NCBI GenBank assembly: GCA_010909165.1
Contig: VJWM01000227.1
Coordinates: 229,915-293,914, forward strand
Direction of reading: 5' to 3'
Length of the DNA stretch: 64,000 bases
Source: Anthoceros angustus
Lineage: Eukaryota; Plantae; Anthocerotophyta
How positions within the stretch are numbered: the first letter of the stretch is position 1; each line of letters begins with the position of its first letter. The notes beneath the pieces are model-generated. The model searched no databases, was not told the origin of the DNA, and was given only the letters and a program-made list of their open reading frames with translations. The translations under genes were made by a program, and so were the position numbers. This document shows, piece by piece, positions 35,459-55,210 of the stretch.

Positions 35459-35854
35459 ACTATATATGTTGTGAGCATATCGATATGGAGATGATATAAC
35501 ATTACCATAAGTGGATGAGACAAAAAACGTTAGGATATACTCTTGAAAAAGATTGTCGAAAGCTATATGATATTATTGAAGAAGATCAAGATTGCTTAAT
35601 AATGATATATTTGGAGAAAAAGAGAAAACATGTGGAGGCGGTAAGTGATTGGATGATTAAATGAACTTGATGTAAATTATAGATAGAGAAGGCATAAGAG
35701 TGGTGAAGCGTTATGAGAAGTAAAGAGTAATATGGAGTTTAGAAGTGAAGTAAAGAGTGGCGTCTTCACGATGCGATGGGATGCGATTGCAAAAGAGTGA
35801 GGGACACGAGGGCGAGGTGCTGGCTGGGCCTGGCTGCTGCTGCCGCGACGCAAC

Positions 35855-35910
35855 GGCAGCGGCAGCAGCCCCAGCAGCCCCAGCCCCAGCCCCAGCCCCA
35901 GTCCCAGCCC
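35855..35910 (+). repeat. (CAGCCC)n-type microsatellite upstream of INO80
   Basis: cagccccagccccagccccagtcccagccc run. Confidence 0.85.
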
Positions 35911-36438
35911 CTGGGTTATGGTGGCGGAGAGGGTAACGAAATGGGCGGCCTGGTGGCCTCGCTAACCAGCGCTTGTGCTTCTCCTCCTCCTTCTCCTTCC
36001 TGGCCCCGCCCTCCTGCTGCCCCCTTCTCCTTCTCCTTCTCCCCGTTCCAGCCCCACGCCCACGGCAACCCGGCCCCCGGCCCGACGCCTGCCCGACTCT
36101 GCCATGTCCATGGCCCGGGGCCCCCCGCCATGTTCTCGTCCCTACGCGTCTCTCCCCTCTCTCCGCCGCCCTCCGCCGCTTGCCATGCTCCCCGTCCCTG
36201 GGCGCTCTAGTGCCTCCCCTTCCTGCCCTCTCCCGAGGCCCAGGCTTCGCGCCTCTCCTTTTCTGCCTATACGTGTTCGATAAAAGCTAGATTTGGTTAG
36301 ATAGCTAGCTACCCTTCACGCTTGGAGTCCCGGTGCTGTGTTACTATTCCCAGTTGCCTCAGCTGCCCCGCGTCAGATCCTCGTCCTCGCCTCGGATTTG
36401 GCGGTCTAGGATAGCCTTAGGGTTCTGGAGACAGTGCA

Positions 36439-44091
<7,653 letters not shown>

Positions 44092-44284
44092 CGTTTTTGC
44101 ATATGCGGCAGTTGAGATCGGATTTGTTATTAGTGGGTCATTGATGTAAAATATCCTGAGCGTGGCCTTGTACTATTCCCCCATTTTTATGAGAGAAATG
44201 CCCGCTTGAATTCAGGCTGGGGCGTCTCATAAGCTTTGTACAGCTTTATAGCGCTGCCTTCGCCGTCCACGGCTCTCTGCTCGA

Positions 44285-44450
44285 TGCCGCCTGCATGCAA
44301 AGGACTCATACTGGGGTACGTACTAGGCTGCTCAATGCGAATTCGTGTAACAAGCTTGAAGACGAGGGGATTAGCCAGTGCGCGTTATTTCCCACCATCG
44401 AAGCGTTGCTGGTCGACAGCGAGTCCGACCATGCTAAGAGAAGCGCGGCG
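44285..44450 (+). pseudogene. Degenerate copy of the last exon of the FSA/TalC-family gene
   Basis: caatgcgaattcgtgtaacaagcttgaagac and gagggattagc...tcccaccat...gttgctggtcgac match 47155-47300. Confidence 0.65.
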
Positions 44451-44559
44451 CACTTACTTTGTGCGCGTGAAGTTGTCGACCTCATGCCGTCTTTAGCTCC
44501 CACGACGTTGCGGCAGCTGCTGTCTTAAGTTCAATTTCCTCCCACTCTGTGCATATTTG

Positions 44560-46100
44560 GGTTTCATGATATAAAGAAAAGAACACTTTCTCTGGGAGGA
44601 ACTCTGACATTGGTGACAGCAGATGCAGGACTCTGGAAAACTGAAGTGCCTGGATGGCCTTTTGAAACGTCTTCGTGCTGAGAACCACAGGGTCCTTTCG
44701 TTTGCCCAGATGACAAAGACTCTCAACCTCCTGGAGGTGAGATGTCCAAGCAGTGTTAATACCTCAAGCAGCTGGTGTGGTTTTTGGGGTTATGTAGTGA
44801 TAGTGAATGCCATAGATTGACCCAGGACTATGTGATCTTTGAACAGTTGAAGTATCTGCGATTGGATGGGTCGTCAAGCATAGTGGATTGTCGAGACATG
44901 GTCAAAGGCTTTCAACGTCGGTGAGTGTTGCATCTTTTGCTAATTATACTCTGTATGGAGCATGAGGTCTAACATTCTCCTGGATGCAGGTCGGATATAT
45001 TTCTCTTCTTGTTCAGCACAAGGGCAGGAGGCCTTGGTATAAACTTAACAGCAGCAGATGTGGTTAAGGTCTTATGAAAGTGACTGGAATTACCATGGAT
45101 CTTCAATCAATGGATCGGGTCCATCGTCTAGGTTCAACAAATATGTAGAGGAACTGTGGAAGAGAACAACATTGCACGGGCAAGCCAAAGGAGCACAGTG
45201 CAACAGCTTGTTATGACTGGTGAGCAATCCCCAGGGCATATTTTTGACCCAGATGAACTCGTGTCGCTGTTATTGGATGAGCCACAGCTTGAGCAAAGAA
45301 AGGCTGCATGCAATGCAGACAGCAACGGCATTGCCTCTTGGCTGTTTTCTGTCATCTGTGATGGCGGGTTCCAGTGATGTGGTTGTAACTCATCCGGAAA
45401 CTTGTTTTTGCTCCCTCAGGATAAGTTGGAGAAGAAAAAGAACTGGGCCGTTGGCAGTGGTGTAAGAAGAGTGAAGCTGGATGAGGATGGTGGCATGTCA
45501 TTTGAGGAGCGCATGGCTAATGGGGATCGTCAAGTCGCAGCCAATGGGGTAGCCGATATTGTCGCTGCAAGTGTAACTGCGGCTGGAAAGGTGAGTGCTG
45601 GATCTTTGTATTAGAATTAGATGTGTTAATCCGTGCTTTTCGGAAGCAGAGATGACGAGATGGTGATGCTCTCCTGTGGGGCTTTGTTTCTTGCAGAGGA
45701 AGCGAAGTGCTAATGAAGGCAAGGCTCCAAAGCCTACCAGGAAATCAAAGGAGCCGAGGGTGGCGAAAAAACCGAGAGACCCTAAGGAGACGAAGCTGTC
45801 AAACACAGCACGAAACAGGGAAAGCGCCAAGTTGAAAGGAGGTGCTAGTCCTAGCAGGGCCCGCAAGTTGTAAAGCACCGGCAATCACGAAGATCAGCAA
45901 CACCACCTCGGGAAGGTGGGGCAAGCAGGTGATATACATGGTCTTAGAAGTGAGGCAGGAACGCACAGTTTTGATGCCAAGGGCTAGCCTAGGGGCAAGT
46001 AGAGTTGGCAGAATTATCCTGGGCCTGGCCTTGTACTATTCCCCCACGTTTATGAGAGGATTTACCACTTGAATTCAGGCTGGGTCGTCATTAGCTTTGT
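44560..46100 (+). pseudogene. Tandem partial duplicate of the INO80 3' end (helicase-C exons to 3' UTR)
   Basis: Colinear with about 42440-44235 ([55 protein letters not shown]). Deletions and frameshifts in the WNPT/AHRLG exon. Confidence 0.9.
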
Positions 46101-46130
46101 TGGCTCGTTTGCGAGCGGTCTTTGCCGTCC

Positions 46131-47367
46131 ATGGCTGGGATCCTGGCTCACAAGGCGGCCTTGGGCCCGGCCTTCCAAGCTGATGCCCCTCTACGTCCAG
46201 CAGGTGAATTTCGCGTGCGACGAGATCAGCAAGGCCACAGAGTGATCCGAGCACAATCACGAGATGCGAGCGATGGATCAGCTCGCTGGAGTGCTAATCC
46301 GAATCCCAATCCGAACACGAAAGCTGGTGCAAATCACGGCAAGCTGAGGCTCTTCATAGATTCCGCCGAGAAGGAAGTTTGGAAGTCTTGGCTACCGACA
46401 GGCGCCTTCCACGGTGTGCCCCCCGCTCTTTCACGCTGCCGTGTTTCGTCAGATTCGTCGAACTCAGGCTCTTGTTGCTGTTGTTGTGGTGTTGCTGCCC
46501 AGGGGTGACCACGAATCCTCTCCTGCTGGAACGGGCTCAAGTGAGCTGCGACCACGGAGCTCTGAGGAAGCTCACGCACACTGCCCTATCCTTGGTCAGT
46601 GCCCCTGGCTCCTCTCCGGCCTTGATGTTAACGCAGGCCAGCGACAGGGCTGATTATGTATGCGGATCGTTTGTTGGCAGGGTGCCAAGGAGGTGCAGTT
46701 GCAGACGTGGGGAGCAGATGCGCGTGAGTTGTACAGGATGGGATCGCACCTGGCTGACATTGACACCTCTGTTGTGGTGAAAGTTCCTGTAACAAGCATC
46801 GGCCTTTCTGCCGCTAGCAAGCTCGTAGACGCGGGTGCGCGGGTGACCATGACCGGGCTCTACTCCACACAGCAGGTGGGCTGCTAAATTTGGAGCATGG
46901 AGGTGGGTTGGCTTCAGGTTTCCGTCCCTGTGCTGATGCTGTCCCGGTGCAGGTGCTTCTGGCTGCAGGGGTGGGTGCCGACTACGCAGCCCCGTACCTG
47001 GGCAGGATGATCCTCAAAGGAAAAGATGGTCTGCAAGACATTCAAGACATACAGGTTCTGTTTCTCGACAGTTTTGTCAGTGTTTGATCGATCCTGTAAT
47101 TTTATTGAAACAGGTCTGAGGAATGAGTAACTCTGCCTGGATGCCTTCTTGCAGAGGATCCTTACTGGCGTAGGCAGTCAAATGCGAGTTCTAGTAGCAA
47201 GCATTAAGACAGTCGACCAGATCCTGACCTTGGCTGCACGAGGGATTAGCTCGTACGCATTACCTCCCACCATTATTGGAGAGTTGCTGGTCGACAAGGA
47301 TACGGATGAGGCAGCAAAAGACTTTGAGCAAGCAGCTGCGAGAAATCAATATCGCCTGTTTCTGTGA
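46131..47367 (+). CDS. Small-type transaldolase family (TalC/FSA) enzyme with an N-terminal extension, probably plastid-targeted. join(46131..46413,46503..46594,46681..46875,46953..47054,47155..47367)
   Basis: LFIDSA, GVTTNP, VVVKVPVT (Schiff-base Lys), GADYAAPYLGR, VLVASIKT, D.A...FEQ match the FSA/TalC layout. Exon phases are consistent. Confidence 0.9.
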
Positions 47368-47539
47368 CCCTCATACAATTCAGTGTGGATTCGAGCCTTG
47401 CCAGCATTCCATAACCTTGACAAGGTTGTTTTCTTTTTCATGTCACCGCTTCTGGATGGCTGCATTTGTGTGAGTGCACAGATCCTTGTGAGCCGAGGAC
47501 GGTCATCTGCTCGCATGAAGAGAAAGGAAGGTGCGGAGC

Positions 47540-48430
47540 CTATTGACCCTTCCCTTCAACCTCAGCACCTCCGTCGCCACCCGTCACCAAGGATAGCAGG
47601 TACCTCTTCCAGGGAGCATCGTCTTGATACTTGAACCAGGATAGGAAAGCACTGTCCAATAAGCAGAAAACGTTGACAAACAGAAGCTGATGCCTGACAG
47701 GAACATACTTGAAGTTGATCACCTGCACAACTGGCCAGACCATTCCCTCCGTCAGGAATGCGGGTATGAATTCTTTCTTCAAGTCCTTCTTCACTTCATC
47801 CCAAGATTTTCCTGCTGTAACTCCCATGTAGGTGAAGAACGCTAGCAAATGAATGGGTCCAAAAATGAGAGCATCTGCTGCCAGCTTTGTGGCAATGAAG
47901 GACACGGAATTGGGCTGAAGTCTCAACTTGTCCTTTACGAGGTACTCCAGTCCCTCGTACCTGAAAGTGTCCAGCTGTAAGTTACCCCTGGCTGCCATGG
48001 TTAGAAGCATTACTTTCAACACCTACAGATGAAGTAATGCTGAGATGAGAGAGTCACCATAGATGTCCGACAGGCCCTACAAAACAAGTTCCGAATCCGC
48101 TGGTTGTCAACACTCTCTGCCAGTCGATCCTGCTGTCTCTTGCCTCATGCTTTCCCTGAACAGTGACATTTTACATCAGCTACAGTTTGATCCAGCAACC
48201 CGCAACTTAGCACAGCACATTGGCATCCAATCAGGTACCCTTACCTTAGAGGAATCAGGAGTTTCCGGAATCCGCGCTCGAGATACCTTGGCAGAGACGG
48301 TTTGAGCGATGACATCTCCTGCTGCCCATAGCGCTGTGGATGTGAGGATCTGCGTCCGTATAGGATGCGATTGCAGCTGATTTTGGTAGCGCGCCCAAGC
48401 ACTTCTCAGGGTAAAAGTTGACATCCCCAC
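47540..48430 (-). CDS. Mpv17/PMP22 family membrane protein. Exons 48430-48245, 48155-48058, 47960-47540
   Basis: YQNQLQSHPIRTQILTSTALWAAGDVIAQ, IDWQRV....FG..FVGPVGHLWYEGL, KLAADALIFGP, VWPVVQVINFKYVPVRHQLLFVNVFCLLDSAFLSW. Confidence 0.93.
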
Positions 48431-49334
48431 GGCAATTGTTACCCAACCAACAAAGTGCGCATTTCGTGAGGCTTTGAGGGTCTCTTTACAATCAGAACCC
48501 TAATTCAGCCCTAGCCCGTCTTGCCATGACGTTCCATCAGGCTCCAACAACACGCAACACCTTCGGACACGACGAAGGGCCAGTGGGTGGTGACATATAC
48601 AGAAACACAGGCTCCTGTTTGTATCGCACAAGCCTCTATGAATGGGCTGTGCCGCGCAATTCTTGCAGGAATGAAGCGGAGACTGAGCAATAACCTCCTT
48701 GAGGCTGAGACCTCACGGGCCTCTCTTGCTTATGGGGAGAGGCAATGCTTTGTCATGGATTCTGTTGCTCTACCATTGGTGGAAAGCATTTGGCAGGAGC
48801 TGGATAGCTTGGTGCGTGGAAATTTTGTGAGAGTGTGACAGAGAGACCCAGACGAGTCTTCGTTTTCACGAGTGTGTGAACAGGGTTGAACCCTGATCCC
48901 TGAACACTGAAGGTTGTGGGTTGCATGCCTGCAAGCCACCGACATCTTTGATGATCCCGTCTATATCGGTACACGGAGAGCTAGAGTACATACGTACATA
49001 ATGTGCCACGGCGCGCAGCCTGTGGTGATCCCCGTTATTCATAGACGTGCGGATTACCGAATGTGCTCTCACTTCCTAGGCCTGTTGGCTCTTAAGGGCG
49101 CGTAATGTGTGATAATTTCCTAGCCTGTCTCAGTGCGAGACTGCGAGCAGTAGATGTCCTCCACAGCATTTGCGTGGGGTCATCCGCTCTACCCAGACTC
49201 GTCTGCAGTCTGCACTTGTAGCGGCACGCCAATTCCAAGTTAAGATCGCTGGGCACCAGCAAGAGCATGGACATAGATTTAGTTCTCTTGCTCACCACAC
49301 GACTGCCTCACAGACTTGTTCCTCTACTGCATGA

Positions 49335-49455
49335 TCGGAACACGGATTTAGGGATAACATGTCCTGCTGCCCACAGCGCTGTGGAGGTGGCTTTTGAATT
49401 CCTCTCCGAAGTGCATGAGCCCACTCCAACATCAACTGCAGTCGCATCCTACAGG
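49335..49455. pseudogene. Rearranged relic of Mpv17 exon 1: one direct and one inverted segment
   Basis: 49335-49385 matches 48302-48345 directly (tcctgctgccca.agcgctgtgga); 49400-49452 matches the reverse complement of 48361-48410. Confidence 0.6.
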
Positions 49456-49869
49456 CACTCACATCCAAAATGTGCACAACGCCCACTTTTTTCATCAAAT
49501 ACAAGCCTCTATCAGTGAGCTGTGCTCCGCAGTTCTGGTGCATTACACGCAGGAGCCCTACAATACAATAATATAATGCAAGGAACAGAGAGAAACGCAG
49601 ATGCAGATGGCCCTATAACGAGAGGCGAGAAATGAAGACACTCCGCCATGCCGCACACGAGCAGTGCCAAAAAGAGAGAGCATTCGAGATGCATATTTAC
49701 CACAACTTTTATCGCAGTTTGTGTGATTCCGACATCGCCAAGTGTGTGCCAAAATGTCTTTTCCAGTTTTAGTTTGTGAGAGGCACTGAAAAGGGTATGA
49801 GGTATCTGTCAAAAGCGGGTCCCGCCGGTGGAAAGTGTTTCTCCCGCACCATGAGTTCCATCTTGAATT

Positions 49870-50810
49870 GGTTGGGTTGGGTTACCGTTATGGAATACCG
49901 ATCTCGTCAGGAAGCCCTTTAGGGTTTTTTTCGATGGATAAAGAAGTTTTCGCCGTGACACGCGGAAAACTTGTCACACACACTTGACGACTGGGCCGCG
50001 GGCGCCCGCCTCGTGTCCCGATCTCGTCACTAAGCCTGTGGTGTGTGTGTGAAGATTCTTTTTAGGTTTCGACACACAAGGTTTTTTAGGTCGCTGTGGC
50101 ATGGGCCATCGCACATCCATTGGCATGACCTCATGTGCCCGCTGGCCATAAGGAAACCGTCACCGTGCCTTTATGGCGAGAAGCGTGGAGGAGCCATCGC
50201 AGTGCCACGCCGCACCATACAGCCTTTGTGGATAGCCTCGAGGCGCACGCCGGCTACCGCTTTTTCCGCCATCCCGCGGCGATTACATTTGGCGCCATAC
50301 AGCCAAAGGATGTAACACACCGGATCGAGCATGTTCGAGGCTAACATCCGGGGCCACGCGCGACGGTAGCATGTTCGAGGCTAACATCCGGGGCCACGCG
50401 CGACGGTAGCATGTTCGAGGCTAACATCCGGGGCCACGCGCGACGGTGAAAGGGAAACGCAGTCTTGAACGACTAGCATGCCCACGGGCTTCACCGGGCC
50501 GAGACATGTCCGATCCGATATATATGTCCATATGTGGTGCGGGAAAACCTAAACATGAATATGTGTGTTGACAAACCCTAAATGGCAAAAAGAAAAGTGG
50601 ATGACGAGATCGAACACGAGGGGCAAGATCTGAGACAAAACTTTGTGGCGCTTACACGCCGTCCAATACGTGGCGCGCCAGTATGTGATGAAGGAATCTT
50701 GAAGATGCGCAGCATCTTCATGTAATACCGGAAGAAAAAAACTTGTCACACATACCCGGCTTAGTGACGAGATCGGTATTCCATATACCGTACCCGGAAG
50801 GGTGGTTCAA
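49870..50810. mobile_element. Non-autonomous TIR element (MITE-like) with subterminal repeats
   Basis: Perfect 21-bp inverted repeat: TATGGAATACCGATCTCGTCA at 49889-49909 and its reverse complement at 50765-50785. Extra partial copies at 50018-50036 and about 50952. No coding capacity; TSD not identified. Confidence 0.6.
50329..50447. repeat. Perfect tandem repeat, 40 bp x3
   Basis: atgttcgaggctaacatccggggccacgcgcgacggtagc at 50331, 50371 and 50411. Confidence 0.95.
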
Positions 50811-51088
50811 ACCCTAAATTTAATACTTAATATTTGTTTTTTAAATTATATATTTTTACAAATAATATAAAATTTAATATTTATGACCTCCCCAAACAAG
50901 CCCACACAAACCCTAGTTTCCCAAACAAGTTCTCCTTTTTCAAAGGTCTGGTATGGAATACCGACATGCTAAGGTTTGTGTGTAACAACTTTTCTTTTGC
51001 CAGTATTCTACACTTAGATGCCTCAGCATCTTCAAGATTCCTTTGTCTTATAGGGGCCACATCATCGTATGACAGGATGTATGCAGCT

Positions 51089-51205
51089 TAAACTTTCTGT
51101 CCCCCAACTTGGGCTCTAAACTTTTATGTCCCCCAACTTGGGCTCTAAACTTTTCTGTCCCCCAACTTGGGCTCTAAACTTTTCTGTCCCCCAACTTGGG
51201 CTCTA
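51089..51205. repeat. Tandem repeat, about 29 bp x4
   Basis: taaacttttctgtcccccaacttgggctc repeated four times with 1-nt variants. Confidence 0.95.
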
Positions 51206-51754
51206 GTGTTCGGATGTTATCAATAAGGTTTTTTCTTGCCATTTAGGGTTTTTCTTACTAACATACACATATTTGTAAATGATTTTTCTTACACTCATAC
51301 ACATGTTTGTTGGACATGTCTACCTCGGAGGTTCACTACCTTTCGATGAATATATATGCCACGGCTCGCCATCAAGTGTTCACATCAATGGCTGGGGTGT
51401 AGGGTTACATGTTCAAGAGTGTGTCCTCAAGGCTGCTAAAAGTTTGCTCAAGGGACCGTGCTGAAGGTTGCTAAAGGTGTGCTCAAGGTTACTCATGGGC
51501 TATGCTCAAGGGCGACACATAGATGCTGCAGGGGCTTATGGGTCCCATACTTTGTGGCTCAAGTAGAGAGGTTCGTGAGGGTTAGCCAAATGGCTGCGTG
51601 CGCGAACGTACTTGCAAGCGCCACTGTTCCCACAACCCTAAGAAAGAAAAACATGTGTATGGTATGCAAAAAGATCCATGACATATCTCGTGACAACATA
51701 GATAAACAATGGGCAAGGCCTCACACGATGAAGTGTGTGACCTAATAAATTTCA

Positions 51755-52908
51755 TGTGGCGGAAAAGGAGGAATAAATTGGGGTAGCGCCGACGAGGCTC
51801 GAGTATACTCCGACTGAGTGAACAACGGACCCCTGCACACTATGGCAAGCTCCGACTACGCCGAGTAACGGATAAGTCCGAACCCACCTGTGTCAAAATA
51901 GGATAAGTACGGGAAAGTAACCCAGGAGCGGAGGCGTGAGGATGACGAGGCGGCGCCACGGACGGCCCCGAGTGGAGGTCGGCATGCGAGGTGACCGACC
52001 TGCTGAGGCCGCAGGCAGTATTCACGCCTGGCCGCGCGCGTAAGGCCGCAGTAAGCAAGCGTAGGGTCGAGTAAGCCATGCACTCGCGCATGACAACGAA
52101 GAGGCGCCTTCCAGAAGCATTTCCACAAGCGCCAAGGAGGGAGCCGCGCGCAGCCTCCATAATCCTCACAGCCTTGCGCCCGCAATCCGGCCGCTCCGCT
52201 TTTGGGCGCCAGAGCGCGCAGCCAAGGTTGGAGCAACGCGCGAGGAGGAACATCGTGCCGGACTCGCCAGCCAGCAAGAACAAGAGGAGGAGAAAGCAAT
52301 GGCACCCAAAAGCCGACGGAGTCTGGGAGCCATGGACCGTGGAGCGCAACATTGTGACCCGCGCTATCCGGACTTCGGGCCCGCCGGAGGAAGCAGGAAT
52401 TGGTGCAGAGTGGCATCCGGACGTGTTCCAAATGGTCTGACCTTTGACAACGCTACCTAGTCCGGAGTTTGCCCGAAGATGCCGGGCGATCAACAAGGAG
52501 GTCCGATCCAAGAACCTCCGGAGGACCCGAGGCGATGGACCTTGAGGTCCCGAGGATGGCCTACAACCGCCCAAGGAGGAAGAAGGGGCGTGGTGCCGAG
52601 CCCCTTAAGGCGAAGGGAAGATAGGGGCCAGCACCGGGCTGCCGAGGCTCGAACGCAGCGACAACCAACGGATGGTTGATATCCGATCCGGATACGAGTA
52701 AGGGCGGTAGCCCGGATCATTGTCCATTGAACTCGCCACCAAGGTGGATCACCTTGGTGATAACCTGCTGGTATTCTCGCATGCGCCCAATGGGAAGAGA
52801 GCGGACGGGAAGGATTATCTGCCCCTGGGGAGGCACGAAGCTAAGGAGCGAGAAGCCTCGCTTATCGATCGACCCCATACCGATTCATGTAACGGTGACA
52901 AAGTTCAG
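51755..52908 (+). repeat. 5' part of an LTR from a second subfamily of the gypsy family at 9154
   Basis: Starts TGTGGCGGAAAAGGAGG. Colinear but diverged relative to about 9225-10330. Confidence 0.85.
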
Positions 52909-53139
52909 TATTCCGTAGTCCGACACTCAATGGCCCTAATTTTCTTACCCTGGAGCTATATAATTTAGTGTTTTTCATTATTTAATTATTTTAAACACTT
53001 TATGTCGAATCAACCTTCCGAGTAATAGCACCGGTGAAACAAGGTAGAAAGATGAAAAGTTGAAAGAGGTAAGTAAAAAGCTAAGTTAGTCACTGCCCTG
53101 TTGAGAAGATGCATGTGTTGCATGCTTCATGCAATCTCT

Positions 53140-53617
53140 TGTTAGAGGAATTGCTACAACCACAAATGAAGAGCTGCCTAGAGAGGACTCTTAGTGATCA
53201 GTGGTCTGTAAGAATCCCTAGATTTAACAGCTACCTAGTTGAGGTCATGCTGCAGGATATATAAGAGCTAGAGCAAGGGCTTTGAGGAACAAGTTACTCA
53301 CTTTTTGAAAGAGCAGGCAAGTGTGCACTGTAAGCCTTGTGTTGAGAGAGCTGTGGAGAGCTAGCTAGTGAGCTTGTCATAGAATCAAGGGCAGTAGCCA
53401 ATTGGGCGTAGATGTATTCCATCAACTCACAAGAGCAAGATCTCGAGGAGGTGGTCCAGTCGTTAGAGGACTGGGCTACTTGGAGCCTAGCGTCGTGAGG
53501 TTGAGAAGCCGAATCATGCAAGTCTCTTGTGGAGGAATTTGCGAGGTCTAGATCAAAGCCAAGATTGTCGCTTCCTTACTAGTCAGAGCGAGGGGTGTTA
53601 CTTTAGTGGTATCGAGC
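53140..53617 (+). repeat. Unrelated short LTR (about 465 bp) with a tRNA-iMet primer-binding site
   Basis: TGTTAGAGG at 53140, TATA-like tatataag at about 53258, TGGTATCGAGC at 53607-53617 (one base short of the canonical TGGTATCAGAGC), then a gag-like start. Confidence 0.55.
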
Positions 53618-53917
53618 ATATAATCCATTCTCCGAGTGACTAGAGAGTGCACAAGATGGTCAATGAGAAGCGAAGGAGAGGTCAAGAAGCGCTAGCCTCC
53701 GACGATCATCCGCGAACCGCCTCAAGATTCATCATCACGTAACAAGAGGAAGTGAGCGCGCCTCAAAGTGCAGGCCCATTTGAGAGAAGTCGAGGACCTG
53801 GAAGAAACAGATGGTGGAAGTATTGTATCAAGTTCTTCCTGTGTCTTGAGGACCCATGACTTGTGAAGAAGAAAAAGAAGAATCCAGAGGCCCATACCAA
53901 CAAGGTGAAGATGGAAG

Positions 53918-54870
53918 ATCAACAAGGAGGTCCGATCCAAGAACCTCCGGAGGACCCGAGGCGATGGACCTTGAGGTCCCGAGGATGGCCTACAACCGCC
54001 CAAGGAGGAAGAAGGGGCGTGGTGCCGAGCCCCTTAAGGCGAAGGGAAGATAGGGCCAGCACCGGGCTGCCGAGGCTCGAACGCAGCGACAACCAACGGA
54101 TGGTTGATATCCGATCCGGATACGAGTAAGGGCGGTAGCCCGGATCATTGTCCATTGAACTCGCCACCAAGGTGGATCACCTTGGTGATAACCTGCTGGT
54201 ATTCTCGCATGCGCCCAATGGGAAGAGAGCGGACGGGAAGGATTATCTGCCCCTGGGGAGGCACGAAGCTAAGGAGCGAGAAGCCTCGCTTATCGATCGA
54301 CCCCATACCGATTCATGTATGGGGACATTTCGAGCCCTCAAGGAGGGAGAGCTTGAGCGGGCGCCCAAGGGCCGGAGGCCCCGTAGAGCGTGCAAGGGCG
54401 CCTGAGGTGGGGGTCGCCCTTCAAGACCAAGCGACTCGGAGGAGGACGAGGGATTCCTGACTCCATACGTCTGAGCGAACCCCTCACCACCTGTGAAGTT
54501 TGGGAGGCGATTCCCTTCCTCCTTTTGGTGCCCTCCGAGCAGCAAGATGTGAGGGAGCCGATGGAGGGCGCATGGCCCGCACCGATGTAACAGTACCAAC
54601 AACCACGACGGCCGAGCCCCGACGAACCGGGAGCCAAGAGGCGGAAGACGGTGCCGCTTACCAACGCAAAGACTGGAAGGTGCCAGATTCTTACCCCGCC
54701 CACCTGAGTGGCAAGAGGTCAAGAGGCGTAAGGAGGGCGTAAAGGGACGTGGCCCAAGGAGCAGGAGGTCACCGCGCAGCCCACCGAGCCGGCCTGCCCC
54801 GGCTGTGAAGGGGCAAAAGAGCTTGCTCCTGACCCCTCACCTCCTCCGAGCCCTGTGAGAAAGAGATCCG
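53918..54870 (+). repeat. Gypsy LTR-ORF fragment. 53918-54318 nearly duplicates 52488-52908
   Basis: Near-identical sequence read directly; continues into the region homologous to 10300-10860. Confidence 0.85.
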
Positions 54871-55210
54871 CAAGTCATTGATTCTTGGATCTATTCTATT
54901 GAGACTTATCTCGCCTCATCCGGTCTTGAGCCGAGTACTACTTAGGTAGTGTTGGCATTTTCTTAAAGAGCCATGTTTTTGATCTATGGGCATGGTGCTA
55001 ATTGCCCAAGGTAACCGAGCACATACCATCACGTGGGCATCGCATCTTCAAAGAAGCCTCAAGAAGGCCCAACTGCAAATGCTTCACTAGACATCGCCTT
55101 GACAATATCAAGCAAATAGATACCGACGAGATTAAGTTACCTTTTGAAGCTATCATGCACCGCACTACCATGAGTGAAGATGACAACCGCATCGCTCATG
55201 GTCGGTTTGA

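Noticed and set aside
35776-36290. Pro/Gln-rich ORFs upstream of INO80 as genes
   Set aside because: Low-complexity GC-rich promoter/5' UTR sequence with a microsatellite; no recognisable domain.
46131-47367. Bacterial contamination explaining the FSA-like gene or the MTase
   Set aside because: The aldolase has four GT-AG introns and an N-terminal extension among plant genes; the MTase is embedded in plant-type TEs.
50329-50447. 40-bp x3 repeat as a CRISPR array
   Set aside because: Units are head-to-tail with no spacers, there are no cas genes, and the context is eukaryotic.
48490-50900. AAACCCT(A) motifs as interstitial telomere
   Set aside because: Isolated single units, consistent with telo-boxes rather than arrays.
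51089-51205. 29-bp x4 repeat as a CRISPR array
   Set aside because: No unique spacers; it is a simple minisatellite.
55170-55210. QTDHERCG as a Ulp1 protease catalytic motif
   Set aside because: No upstream His/Asp motifs could be placed; too short to support.
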